A stretch of 64,000 nt of DNA from Entomortierella parvispora E1425 (taxonomy: Eukaryota > Fungi > Mortierellomycota), in NCBI GenBank assembly GCA_020891255.1, contig BQFW01000007.1, positions 1,860,001-1,924,000 on the forward strand. Direction: 5' to 3'. Of the stretch, positions 37,542 through 48,993 are shown in pieces. The notes beneath the pieces are model-generated. The model made no database searches. It was not told where the DNA came from and worked only from the letters and a program-made list of their open reading frames with translations. How positions within the stretch are numbered: position 1 is the stretch's first letter; each line of letters begins with the position of its first letter. A program made the position numbers and the translations under genes.

Positions 37542-39600
37542 ATGCTGCCCAACGCGTCTATTCCACGGGCGCACCATCGGATCCAACGTGCTGTCAAGGC
37601 AGCGGCCGTGTCCACTCTCCGACCACTCCAGCAACACCCTTATTCCCTCTATGACCTGCAATACCTCTTCCTTTTTGTTCTCCTCTCCTTCTGCTACTGG
37701 ATCATGGAGAAGCCTGTTTGGTTCAAACTACCCATCGCCTCCGTAGCTGTTGCTCTGTTATTCCCTAAAAAAACCCGCCAATTCATGCTGCCCTTTCTTG
37801 CGGTGGCAGCGTGGTTGCTTTTGTTTTACTGCTGTCGCTTCATTCCTTCGGATTGGCGACCCCATATCTTCACCTCTGTCCTGCCCGCGCTCGAGAACAT
37901 CCTTTACGGCGGTAGTATCTCGGAGCTGTTGGCCCAGACGACCTCCCCTTTCAAGGACATCCTGGCATGGATTCCCTACGGCGTGTTGCACTATGTCTTG
38001 CCTATCGTTACTGCGATTCTGATTGTCTGCTTTGGACCTCCTGGCACTCTTCCAGTCTTTGCCAGGACCTTTGGCTACATGAACAGTGCGGGCGTGTTGA
38101 CGCAGATCATGTTTCCGTGTGCTCCCCCATGTAAGTATCTTCTCACCCTTTGTTCGACCCAGGCAAAGCTCTGCCTCGGTGCATAGCCGCTGGTCTATTT
38201 CTACCCCGGATTATCTGCAAGCCCCCCTTGCGCATGTTTAAATCCATCGATTTTCCATGGTCAATGACGCTTCGTTTGGCTTTGGCAGCAGCTCCCCCCT
38301 TCCCCCCTTCCCTCCTTCCTTCCTTTCATTTCCATTTAATTTTCACCCGCTGAATGACCCGGTCCAAACTGAGCGAAGACAAGGCGGATGCTGGGCTTTG
38401 AAGTGTTCTGAGCAAAAGAAAGAAGAAAAAAATGAGCGCCATGGTTGTGTGCCACGATAATTCGAGATTGTCAAGGGGACACCCTCTGGCTGATACGGAT
38501 CATTGTTGTTTCTCACACGCCCAGTGCCTCGACCACTGGGCACTCGTCGTGCTCGAAATGGCAGGGACTGCCAACAATGCATTTTGCCTTTGCTCACACC
38601 TCCAAACTGTGTTTTATCCTTCTTTTGCCCACCAACCACAACAGGGTACGAGACTCGCTATGGAGGACTGCAACCAGCCGCCTACTCCATGCCTGGCGAT
38701 CCAGGTGGACTCGCTCGAGTCGACGATATTCTGGGCGTTAGCATGTACAAGACAACGTTTACGGCCTCGCCTCTGGTCTTTGGTGCGTTTCCCTCGCTCC
38801 ATTCTGCGGATGCTTGTCTAATCGCCTTCTTCTTGGTCTACACCTTTGGACCCCGAGCCATTCCTTTTGCTCTGAGCTATATTCTCTGGATCTGGTGGGC
38901 CACTATGTATCTTGGTCACCACTACGTCGTGGATTTGGTTGGAGGTGGTGCGTACGCCGTCATTGCTTTCTGGATCGGTTCCTTCTTTTTGCCCCCTGTT
39001 TTGCCCTCTCCTGAGCAGGAGCAGTTCTACAGTCAAAACAAGGTCGTATTCGACTTGGGCGATGCCATGGACAAACGCGAGAAGCAGATTCTCTTTCAAT
39101 CAGAAGAGGAGGATGAGGAAGCCGAGGTTGGTAGCAGCAGCAGCGGCGGCAGTAATCGCTCTAGAGTCATGGAAACTGTTTGGGAATTGGGTCTGGACGA
39201 GGACGAGGAGGAGGAGGACCCCAATATGTCGTTTGCTCAGGGTGTAGACGTCATGGAGCTTTCGCGTGTAGTTGTGAACACTCCTTCGACACTTGCAGGA
39301 CTGGAGATTGAAGAGGTTAGGAATACCCGCTCAGAGCCTTCTTCGCCCACAGGAAGTCACCACTCTTCCATCTCAGTGTCTTCATCAGCTACAGTCTCGT
39401 CTTGGGCCGCGAGAAGAAAATCTAAGAGGATGACAGCCCCAGCAGCAGGTTATCGCCAATCATGGAGTGGATGGCAAGGATACGAGTCTTGGATCGAGGT
39501 CCTCGCAACGGTGAACTCTCCACGAACTTCGCCCAAAGCGTCACCGAAGAGCTCACCGAAGAGCTCACCGGTCCCCTCACCTCGCCACTCGACCGAATAA
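37542..39600 (+). CDS. AUR1: Inositol phosphorylceramide synthase (aureobasidin resistance protein); exons 37542-38130, 38645-39600
   Basis: LPALENILYG, DILAWIPYGVLHY, FPCAPP|WYE, YSMPGDPGGLARVD, FGAFPSLHSA, WATMYLGHHYVVDLVGG (PAP2-like catalytic motifs). The 514-nt intron is in frame. Confidence 0.95.
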
Positions 39601-40714
39601 CTGCCCTTTCTACCCTCCATGTATACTACCCCACTCACCCTCTCTACCAACTTATTCCATCTATCTATCCCACATGTATTTCTACCTAATAATAATAGCA
39701 AAAGTGTTTCGCCTTTCGTTTGCAATTGCCTCGCAAACCTGGCGCATCTTTTTTTTTTCATCATGATCAATCTCTTTTTTCAGTTTACTATTTTTTTTGT
39801 TACTATGACGATGGATGTTGCAGAGTGGATACCCGACTCTCTTCTTCCTCGTCGTCATCATCCTCTGGGTCAATATTGGGCAGATTCAGCTTGGCTTTAA
39901 TTACTCTAAGAGACGAATAGTTGAAAGGCACAAATTGGTCAACCAAACAAGGAGCCGTATCACGAGTCCACTGCCTCTTTTTTTTTTTGGCTCAGTTTGC
40001 TTACCGAATCTTTCGAAAGACATGGTCGAGGTCAGACTGGAGTTCTCGTATAAGTTTTGTGTGCGCTTCAAATTTGGGATGCAGGTCTGCCCACTTGAGG
40101 GCTGAGAACTCGTTCAGCGCTGCAAGGGAGGCACTGGCTTTTTGGAGGGATTGACTCCTATGTTGTTCGTTGAGTATGTAAGATATATTGAGGGCGATTT
40201 AAAAACATGAGGACATGACGATTAGGATGAAAGGATTAGAGAGATGCCTCGTTTCTTTTAAAGAGTCCATCTATTCTTTTTTTTACATTTGCTGTTGCCG
40301 TTGTTGAATTTCTTGAATCTCTGGCTCTGGAAGCGTGTCCAGTAATTGGTTCGCGAAGACATTAGATGCCTCCATTCTCGTGGAGCGGTAACTAGGCTGT
40401 TGTAAACGTGGGAATGTTGCCGAGCTGAGTGGTCAGAGAGGAATGCGGGCGGGAGAAAGATGCCCGGATGGACAGATGTTGTTTATGACTGACAGACAAG
40501 GAGATGGTCTCCAAGGCAAACGCGCTTCCGCTTCCAGCGCATCAAAAAAAAAGGGGGGGAAAGAGAATATCGCGATTACTGCCATACAGAGTGGAGATCA
40601 ACCAGCGGCAGACACACCAACCACAACATGATGCCGATTGTCAGCAATATTGACCAAGCAAATCTCTTCGGCAAGATCTCCACTGGAAAAGGGGAAGAGT
40701 GTCGCATTGCTTCT

Positions 40715-41262
40715 TTACTTCTCAAGATTGTTTCTCGCTCTTTGCTCGACTACAATCGTGACTGAACGGTAGGACTGGAAAGGATCGCTTTTCGTCTTTT
40801 CTTTTGAATTGGGAGCAGCCTTTGGTAGGGGATGACCATCGTCCTGTTCCTTCAATGCATACTCGTGAAAACCCGTGTTCACAAAATGAATGTACTTGAG
40901 CCAGTCGATCCCCTTTTCCAGGACACCCTCGCTGGACAGCTTCTCGGTCCATCTGATGCGCGTCCTCGTTCTCGAAATACCAACTGTTGGAAAGGTAAAA
41001 ACTGAACTGGAGTGGACGACCTCCAAGTGCTTTTTCATTGCTTTGTCCCTTTTGACTTTAGACTCTTCCACGTGCTGTTTTGTATCCTCGTCCGTTGCCT
41101 CAGTGGTCCTGATCTCGGTATTCTCTTTGGCATATCGTACCTGGATCAAGCGCTCAAACTCCTCGGGTTCGTACACATCTATACGAATGTCATCTGTCTT
41201 GCAGACCCTCTTTCGATCTGAGGCAAGGATCGAAGAACCTTCTCAAGGAGAACTTTTCCGAC
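40715..41262 (-). pseudogene. Internally deleted fatty acyl-CoA reductase paralog remnant (copy 2)
   Basis: An N-terminal fragment VGKVLLEKVLRSLPQ (41262-41216) is fused directly to the C-terminal region RKRV...YEPEEF...LSSEGVLEKGIDWLKYIHFVNTGFHEY. By hand alignment to copy 1 it carries three further frameshifting deletions of about 10, 11 and 8 nt. Confidence 0.8.
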
Positions 41263-41603
41263 ATGATCACTGCAACCAGCGACAAAAATAGCATTTTTTT
41301 TTTTTTGAGTAGAAGTCCCTGACATTCATTGCTGGATAGGTGTTGCTTTTACTCTTAATGGGATGATGGGATGAATGAGTTTGAGAGGGCAAAAAAGCTG
41401 AGATCATAGACGGGCCGTGGGTGCATCTTGTTTGGGCGATCTCTGTTGACAGTCCTGTAGATCAATCAAATTTCCTTTCAGGGAGCCGCCAAGAGATCGC
41501 CCGCATGTTTGCCCGCCCAGGTTCTTGCTCTTGGAGTGGATATTTGAAAAGGAGAATCATCTGGCTATCACAGACAGTAAAACACGCCGCTCTTCGACAC
41601 TCG

Positions 41604-43326
41604 CTACAAACGAGCAAGAGCAACGTCCTCTTCCTGAAGTACCGAACTTTTGGAGACCTCTGACGCAAATGTCTTCTGAATTGGGAGCAACTTTTGATAT
41701 GGAATAACCATCGTCCTGTCGACCTTCTCCTTCAGCACGTACTCATGGAAGCCCAGGTTAACAAAATGAATGTACTTGAGCCAATCGATCCCCTTCTCCA
41801 GGACGCCTTCGCTAGACAGCTCTGGCGGGGCTTCGCGGTCCATCTGACACGCGTTCGTGTTCTCAAAGTACCAAGTGTTGCTTGTTAAGAAGCGAAACTG
41901 AGTTGAGAGACCGTGAACGACGTCCAGCTGTCTCTTCAAAGACAGAATGTTCTTGTTTTTCGTGTTCCCCAGTTTGCCTTTGGCCTTCTCATCCATCTTT
42001 TCGAATGCTTTGATAAGCGCGATCTCGCGTGTGTACCGTTTTTGAAACCAACGATCATAATCCTGCGGGTCATACAATTCGATTTCGAATGTCGTTCGAG
42101 ACTCGCTTTCGAGGCGCAGGCACAGCATTTTGCCAGCATTGGGTCACAACGCCGAAAAGCTTCTGAGCCGTGGCTGGGTTAGGCGTGGTACTGGTTCCCG
42201 CCACAGCGATGAAAGGGTCACGGTCAGGCTGAACAGCAGTGGCTCTTGTGGCACTGAGGAGAATGGTCTTGACGAGAACATCGACCGGGATGAGGTCAAC
42301 GACCGCAGTCTCTCGGCCACACCAAGCCTGGAACTCGCGCAGAGCTGTAGACAGAATAATGGCATTCGCTGCCAAGTCACCGTTGGACCACCCCATGACC
42401 GGCTCCGAAAGCGTGCCCCAGACAACTGTGGGTCTGACAATGGCCAAAGGGATACCTTTGCTCTGGCACTGACTCCTGATCAAGTGCTCTGTCAGAGACT
42501 TTGCAAACACGTAAGTGTTTGGGTAGACCTTGAGGACAACGTCTCGCTCGTATTCATCCATTTCTTGCAGAGTCATCTTGCAGAGAGACTCGAAAATCCT
42601 CAGGGGGTCTCCCTCAAATGGATGTGGGTAGATCTTCTCTTTGATCCTCTGGCCGATCATGAAGGAGTTTACATATCCAGTTGAAATGTGGACAAACGAT
42701 GCAAGGCTTCGCATCCCCTTTGCAACTTCTGGAGCGCGGAGAGTTCCATGGAGGTTCATCTTTGAAGCAAGGGCCAAAAATGGAAAGAAAAGTTCAGATG
42801 TGTGCCCTTCCCTCCCGCAAGGTCAACGTCAAGTAGATCTCCGAAGAGACACATTTCTTACATCAATCGAAACACCCAGAGGGCTTGTAAAGGATACGGC
42901 TCCAGCAGCATGAATGACTACTGTGGTGTCGTGCTGTATCATAGCCAAGTCCTGGTCGGAGATTCCGAGTCGATCGAGGGTAATATCACCAACAATGGGT
43001 ACGACCTTTCTGACAACCATGGCGTCAAAGTCTTGCTCGTTCGAGAATGTTGCCTTCAGTGTCTCGAACAATCAATCTCCTGGTCGATACGATCTTGTGG
43101 GCTCTTGTTGGAGGATGCTCGCACTAAAAGATAGATTCTGCACAATCCATTAGGTCGGCTGTTTAGATCATTAGCGCATTTCAATTAAAGGCACTGGTAC
43201 TGCCGCGTACTTGTGAACCTGAGGCAAGGACCGAAGAATCTTTTCAAGGAGAGCTTTGCCAACAAATCCCGTGCCTCCAGTGATGAAGAGGACATTGTTT
43301 TGAGTGTAAAAGCTTTTGGCATTCAT
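41604..43326 (-). pseudogene. Fatty acyl-CoA reductase (NAD_binding_4 + Sterile domain), frameshifted (copy 1)
   Basis: VLFITGGTGFVGKALLEKILR, VVPIVGDI, VVIHAAGAV, FVHISTGYV, YPNTYVFAKSLTE, IVRPTVV..EPVMGW, DLIPVDV. Reading-frame breaks near 43070 and 42084 are not explained by introns. Confidence 0.75.
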
Positions 43327-44161
43327 AGCTGTTGCAGTGACCAGTGGTTTGGAAGATGAAGGTGCGAAGAGAGAAAGACGAGGCTGGTTGTGATAGCGAG
43401 AGAAAACAAAGTTCTCACGGCACGCAAAAAAAAAAAAAAAAGGGGGGGGGGAAGCTCCCTGCAGTAAATGGAACAGCGACCAACACTTCGGTCCGGTGTT
43501 GATGATCCCTTTGCTGCAACCTCTGCGGAAACAGGTCGAGCAAACACGGCGAGCACCCGTTCTATGTAGCTATCCTAGCTAGGTATGTCTGCGGCAGTAT
43601 TGGTGGCAACACATTATTATTAAGCGGAGCTGAGTTGAATAGAGTTGCGTGCTCCACACGACTGTCCGTGGCCACGCTGTCGGACGTAGAAAAGAGGCCA
43701 AAGGAAAGGAGGAAGGAAAGGAAAGCTGCACGACGCGTGCTCTGTCTTGGCCGGTAGATGCAGGCTAGGCCTGTCTTTTCTGCTCACCTGCCAGAGGGAC
43801 GAGCACAATTGGTGCAAGACCTCCTGTTCGCCACCCCATCCCATCCCGTGGAGTATGGCCGTTATTTTAACCAGGCCAACCCCCGGCGCTGTCTTCCTTT
43901 CTTCCTTTCTTTTCCCACTGTGTCCCTCTACCCTGTCTCCTTCCCCACCCACTCCACCTCCCTCTCCGTAAGAGAACCCCCAAGTCCTACTCAGGATTCA
44001 ACTCCTTCGACCCACAAGCTCCTCAACGTGTGCTTCGTGAACATACCCCTGCTAACGACCAAGCATACATACCCCTTCTTCAACCCTCCTCATCCCCCTC
44101 CAGCGCTTCATCTAAGTGTTGTTATTGTCATTGTCATCTGTGCTTCATCTCTTCATCTGCA

Positions 44162-45008
44162 ATGGCTCCCTTAAGAAACGTCATCTTCCCCGCGGCCTTG
44201 ATCCTCTCGGCCTTGTTCTTGCTCCTGACCCTCCGTCACAGCGCCATGACTCGGACCGAACCAAAGCCCCGTTTCGTCTTTGTTGACCTGGGTGCTAACC
44301 GTGCCGACTCGATGGAGGCCTTCTTGAAGATCTCCAACTCAAAGTTCCAGTTTGACTACCCTCGTCCCGCGTGGGCCAAACATGAGGATGCTGGTAAGTT
44401 GCTTGAGCTGCACCTCCCGTTCGCTCCCCCACACTCCATTGAATTTCTGATACCGGGAACTGACCCAACGATGTCTCAATGGTTTTATAGAAATCTTCCT
44501 CTTCGAGGCCAACCCCGTGTTCAACACTGACCTTGTCAAGGCCAAGGACAAGTACACTGCTCGTGGAATCAAGGTCAACATCTTCCCCTCGACGGTCGTG
44601 GATGTTCAGGATGGTATCAGGACCTTCTTCCTTGACACTGTCAACAAAGACCACGATTTCTGGGGCTCGTCCATCTACGCCGAGCACTGGGATGCCGTTG
44701 CCTCGGGTTTGAAGGGAACCAACTTGACCAGTATTAACCTTGCTGGTTGGTTGCTCCGTAACTTCTTGCCCCGCGACTATGTCGTGATCAAGATGGATAT
44801 TGAAGGTGCCGAGTACGAGGTGGTGCCCCACCTGGCCGAGATGGGCGCCGGAATTGTCGTGGATCAGCTCTTGGTTGAGTGGCACCCCAGCATCATGGTT
44901 GGCGATGAAGAGCAGCAGAAGATCAGAGAATTGAAGAGACAAATTAGCACCAGGAAGCTTATGGAGGAGGGTGTACTCATGCCCGCCTACGATACTCCCA
45001 TGGCTTAA
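44162..45008 (+). CDS. FkbM-family (Methyltransf_21) SAM-dependent methyltransferase with N-terminal signal anchor; exons 44162-44393, 44491-45008
   Basis: FVFVDLGANRADS (motif I), IFLFEANP, VVIKMDIEGAEYEVV, QLLVEWH. Type-II membrane anchor VIFPAALILSALFLLLTL. Intact frame after splicing. Confidence 0.85.
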
Positions 45009-45268
45009 ATCCCTCTTCATGTTCTTTTTTTACTCTTTCTTCATCGACACACCCCCAGGCTCACCATGTAGAACACAAAAACTTCATACAATAATAATAA
45101 CAGTTCGCGTAACTCTTATTCCTTGTCCTATATATACTAAAAGCGCAGTGGTGGCCGCAGGCCGCCGCTATATCACGTGAGTGCAGAGCACGAACTCGAA
45201 ATTTCTTCTGAGCCCAACTCTGTAGCCAATGGGCGCGCCGGGCGCCCATCCAACAATCTTTTTTGTTT

Positions 45269-45413
45269 TGGCGCGCGAAGGCGTAAGCCTGAGCTGAGCT
45301 TCCGGGACGGAAGCTGCGCCATGGTGCCTTGACGGGAAACTTTTTTGTTATGGCGCGCGAAGGCGTGAGCCTGAGCTGAGCTTCCGGAACGGAAGCTGCG
45401 CCATGGTGCCTTG
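45269..45413 (+). repeat. Two 63-bp direct repeats (45269-45331, 45351-45413; 2 mismatches), each folding into nested hairpins
   Basis: TGGCGCGCGAAGGCGTRAGCCTGAGCTGAGCTTCCGGRACGGAAGCTGCGCCATGGTGCCTTG occurs twice. It contains an AGCTTCCG/CGGAAGCT stem and TGGCGC...GCGCCA outer pairing. Confidence 0.9.
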
Positions 45414-45925
45414 GTGGAACTGTGTTTCCACCCAACAATCTTCTTTGATCTTTGAATCAATTGTGTCTTTTGGGGGGAGTGCACCAGCGCGACCATTTTT
45501 TTTTTTTTTTTTTGGATGGCGCCCTCGAGCTGCAGGCTCGAGGTAAGCCGACGGAGGAGGCGCGCCATGGTGGAATCTGATGTCATCTGTGCGCGAAGCG
45601 CACAGGTGAGGGCGTCAGCCCGAACCCAAAGCCCCGTCAATTCGAGGGCAAAGCCCGAGCTGAGCCTCCGGAGGAGGCGACCATACAACCAAGGAAGCGA
45701 CTGCTCCTGGGTATCTTTTGAAAGAGAGTGAAGACTCGAACAATGGCAGATCAAATCGTGGCAGAAAAAAAAAAAAAAAAAAAGTCCGACAACCTTGATC
45801 GAAATATATGTGACCTTGAACCATGCACATCTTCCACAGGCCCTTTCTTGATCTCAAATCTTGGCCAAACCCCTGCATCCTTCCCACTCTTTTCCTCCTC
45901 TCTTCTCTTCCCAAGATCTTGGGCT

Positions 45926-46253
45926 CCACACCCGGGGCAGGCCCCGGGAATCTTCTAGGGTGAGGGCGCCAGCCCGAGCAATGATTCTTTCTCACTTTGA
46001 GGGTGAGGGCTCGCGCGGTGACTTGCGCGTGAGGGCGTCAGCCCGAACCCGATGCCCATATTCGAGGGGACATTCGGCAGGACCAAAAAAAAAAAAAAAT
46101 CCGACAACCCAGGTGAAATTATTTTGACCACCGACTATACTGGCTTTTATTCACCCTCCTTTTGATCCCGCAACGCTTCTCTCCCCTCCACCTCGCCCTT
46201 TATCCCCAGATCTTCTGACACCACACCCGGGGCAGGCCCCGGGAATCTTCTAG
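45926..46253 (+). repeat. Identical 33-bp hairpin+CTAG module at 45926-45958 and 46221-46253, inside a degenerate subterminal duplication of about 300-350 bp
   Basis: CCACACCCGGGGCAGGCCCCGGGAATCTTCTAG occurs twice. Upstream blocks GTGAGGGCGTCAGCCCGAACCC and polyA-TCCGACAACC are also duplicated. Confidence 0.9.
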
Positions 46254-46741
46254 TCTGCTCTCAATGCCCTCAGGAAGCAATTGAGAGCGAATTGAGCTTC
46301 CCTGCCCTCTGCTGGGGAAACAGTCTACGGAAGACGGGCCCGAGGGAAAAAGTTGCCAAGAGGCAGATTCACCCACGGTCCAATTTCGGACTCAAAGAAG
46401 ATCGATACCTACACTCTCAATGTCCACGCCATCATTCACTTCGCTTGTTTTGTTCTCCCAAAGCAGTTTGCCCACATGGGCAAAAGGGGCGAGCAGGACA
46501 TGGATCTGACAAAGGTCTCTATTGGCCGTGCTGTTGGACGATAAGTATGTCATCTAGGAGTCTTCCTAGACTGACAGGTCCCTTTGGACTTTTGTCTCCT
46601 GGGTTCCCCTTCCTCCGGCTCCCTCCCCTTCTTACCTTTCATCAGCTCCTGTTCATTTCCACGCCTCTTGTTTTTTATATTCTCTTTTATTGAATGTCTA
46701 TTTGCTTTTCACTTCTTTCCACTAGAGCTTTCTTCCACCAA

Positions 46742-48993
46742 ATGGCACCTCAGCCACAGTATCCCCATCATCAAAATAAACCTCAGCATTCACGCTATGA
46801 TGACCTGGAAGAGGATCGAGCGACTCTAGGAAGACAGCCCAGTGCTCCATCCTGAGCCCAGCATCCCAGATGGATCTTTCTGGGCTGCATTATCTTTTCG
46901 CTCATGCTCTCTTGTTCCATTTTTGTGACAAGGTCGTGGGACAATCGTCGATTGGAACTGACCCACAGAGTTGAAAGGCCATGTCTGTGGCCAGAAATGA
47001 ACCCCTGGAGAACCTTGGCACAGGAGATGGAGGATGACGTTGAGGAAGGTCCAACGGTCAGGATGCCAGGGCAAGGGGAGAACAAGTATGAAAATAGCTA
47101 CAATAGGGTTGGGCAGCAGCAGGTCGGCGGCTGGGACATTAATGATCCCGCGTTAGAGTTGGCGACGTTTCTAGAGTCGTCTGACTGGAAGGGTCAGACC
47201 TGGGTTCCAGGAGCGGACTTTGTGAACCTGCTGCGAGTCCTTCGCCCAGTCGATCATGCGTTTTTCATCACGCTCTTTGTGCACCAGAAACCCGGGCGCC
47301 TGGCCACTGTGCAGAAAGAAGAAAAGGGAGCCTCTCCTAAGACATCACCGACATCGACGCCAGAGGCGGCTGCTGCGATCTTGAAGCGCAAGAAGTGTCG
47401 AGCGTGTGGGCCTTGGATCCAAGACTATGTCGAGTTTCAGAACCGGGTGCTCTACGGGACTCTGCCAACTCGGTACACCGTCCACGCCTGTAGTAGTGAG
47501 GGATCCTGTGCAGACACGTTTTCGCAACTGATTGCCATGGTGTCCGCCTTTGCTTGGTCCGTGACAGAGTCCAGAGCCTTCTTTTTACGAACAGATCAGC
47601 TCCACCTGTTGCAGGAAAGTTTTGAACCGTTCTTGATCCCCCCTTGGGTTCAACCACCCAAGGCTGAGAGTGTGGCCAAGATCGACACTGAGCCTTTGGA
47701 CACTCGGGAACTGTTACGTATCTTTCAACTCCAGGATCCTTTGTTTCTGAACGAGGGGACACAAAAGGGTGGCACCGCTCAGGACCAAAGAGGAGGTGAA
47801 TCACAGACGGTGGCTGCAGATGAGGGGTTCCTTGACCGATGGATGTCGTGGAGGAGCAGGAGCAGGAATCGGGGTAGTTTCGAAAAGAAGCTTGGCAGGA
47901 ACGATCCTGCGCCTTTACATTTCTCAGGCATATATACAAAGGAGTACAGCAGGCGGGCAACCTTGTCTTGGAAACCAGAGAGCCGCGAGGAAGAGGAAAC
48001 TGAAGAGTGGGATGGACCAGGACTGGGTCGAGCTTATCTTGGACCATGATATCTTGCCCCAGTTCGTCAACACCACCAGGACCCTTCGTCAACTCATAGT
48101 CCTAGGCCTGCCTCTTCCAGAGTTGGTCCTACGTCAACACCTTTAAGATCTAAAGCCAGGGCATGGACAGAACGATAGTCCTGAGCCGATGCTTATTCGC
48201 GAGAACCTGCCCATCATCCATGAGTCAGGTCACCCTCATTCGCATTTACCTCTTCTCTCCTCACTTTTTTCGTCATCGCCTTCACAGTCTGAGAAAGTGA
48301 CCCAGAAAAGTCTAACGGTTGCCTTCCACACTGCCCTTCATGATGACCAGGACCCGACCTGGACCTGGGCCATCCCAAAGACCTTTGGATGTCTTCTCGA
48401 TATCCTAGTCCAGCCTCAATTGGACCTTTTACAATTGATCCACCCTTACGCGACTTTACTTCAGCTTCCCGCTGTCTTTTCAGTCGGGATTTACATCCGC
48501 TTCCTCTTTGTCCTCATCCTGGAAAGCCCTCTCCAACGAAAGAAAGGAAACTGTCGATCGGTATCTCACATGTGCCCGTCAGATCGCGCGAGAATTTGCT
48601 CCGAAACGTGAAGGTCAAAAGGTCGTCTATGCTCTTGTCTCAGAGGACGTTGGCATAGCCAGGGTCATGGGATCACAAGAGACTTGGGATGAAGAAGCCA
48701 TTACCCCCAAATGGACCTTACCCAAGGGAACCACACCATCCACAGCGTCAGGGACAAAAACAAGATCTCTTTCAAACCATCAGCTGTCTGTTCTGGAGAG
48801 CTGGGTCTTGAGTAAGACTCAATTTCAAGTCGTCTCTGACCAGTCTGATTTCGCCAGGGTCGCAGTGTGGAGAACGAGGCGGGAGGGAAGAAGTGTTGTT
48901 ATCCAAGATAAAAACGACAGCGATTCTCCAGAGGGCTATATCGACATGCTCGATTGCGGGACCCTACTGAAGAATCTCATTGTTGACATGTAA
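46742..48993 (+). pseudogene. Disrupted type-II membrane glycosyltransferase-like gene (fucosyltransferase GT-B / NodZ-FUT8-like pattern)
   Basis: Signal anchor WIFLGCIIFSLMLSCSIFV. Motifs CxxW..Y..F...LxG..P.RYxVxxC....C...F..L.AMVSAFAW...SRAFF, FGCLLDILVQP, VFSVGIYIR, YLTCARQI, VVYALVSED, LESWVLSKT. In-frame stops at 46853 (TGA) and 48144 (TAA), plus frame switches near 47900 and 48500. The family assignment is tentative. Confidence 0.55.

Larger units (their letters stand above)
45126..46253 (+). mobile_element. Non-autonomous Helitron-like element (about 1128 bp) with tandemly duplicated 3' terminus
   Basis: 5' end TCCTATATATACTAAAAG is the typical Helitron TC + AT-rich start. 3' end is an 8-bp GC hairpin CCCGGGGC-AG-GCCCCGGG, then 6 nt, then CTAG followed by T. 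No TIR, no TSD, no Rep/helicase ORF. The 5' flank base is G rather than the usual A. Confidence 0.72.

Noticed and set aside
41462-41668. Short minus-strand ORF that might be the true FAR copy 1 C-terminus
   Set aside because: No recognisable similarity, so I cannot tell whether it is a frameshifted tail or noise without an intact ortholog.
45269-45413. Palindromic direct repeats separated by a short spacer, superficially CRISPR-like
   Set aside because: Only two 63-bp copies with a 19-nt spacer, eukaryotic context and no cas genes. Better explained as Helitron-internal repeats.
46853-46855. In-frame TGA as possible selenocysteine or readthrough codon
   Set aside because: It lies in a low-complexity N-terminal tail, not a redox motif. 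The same gene has a TAA stop and frameshifts, and no SECIS was recognised.
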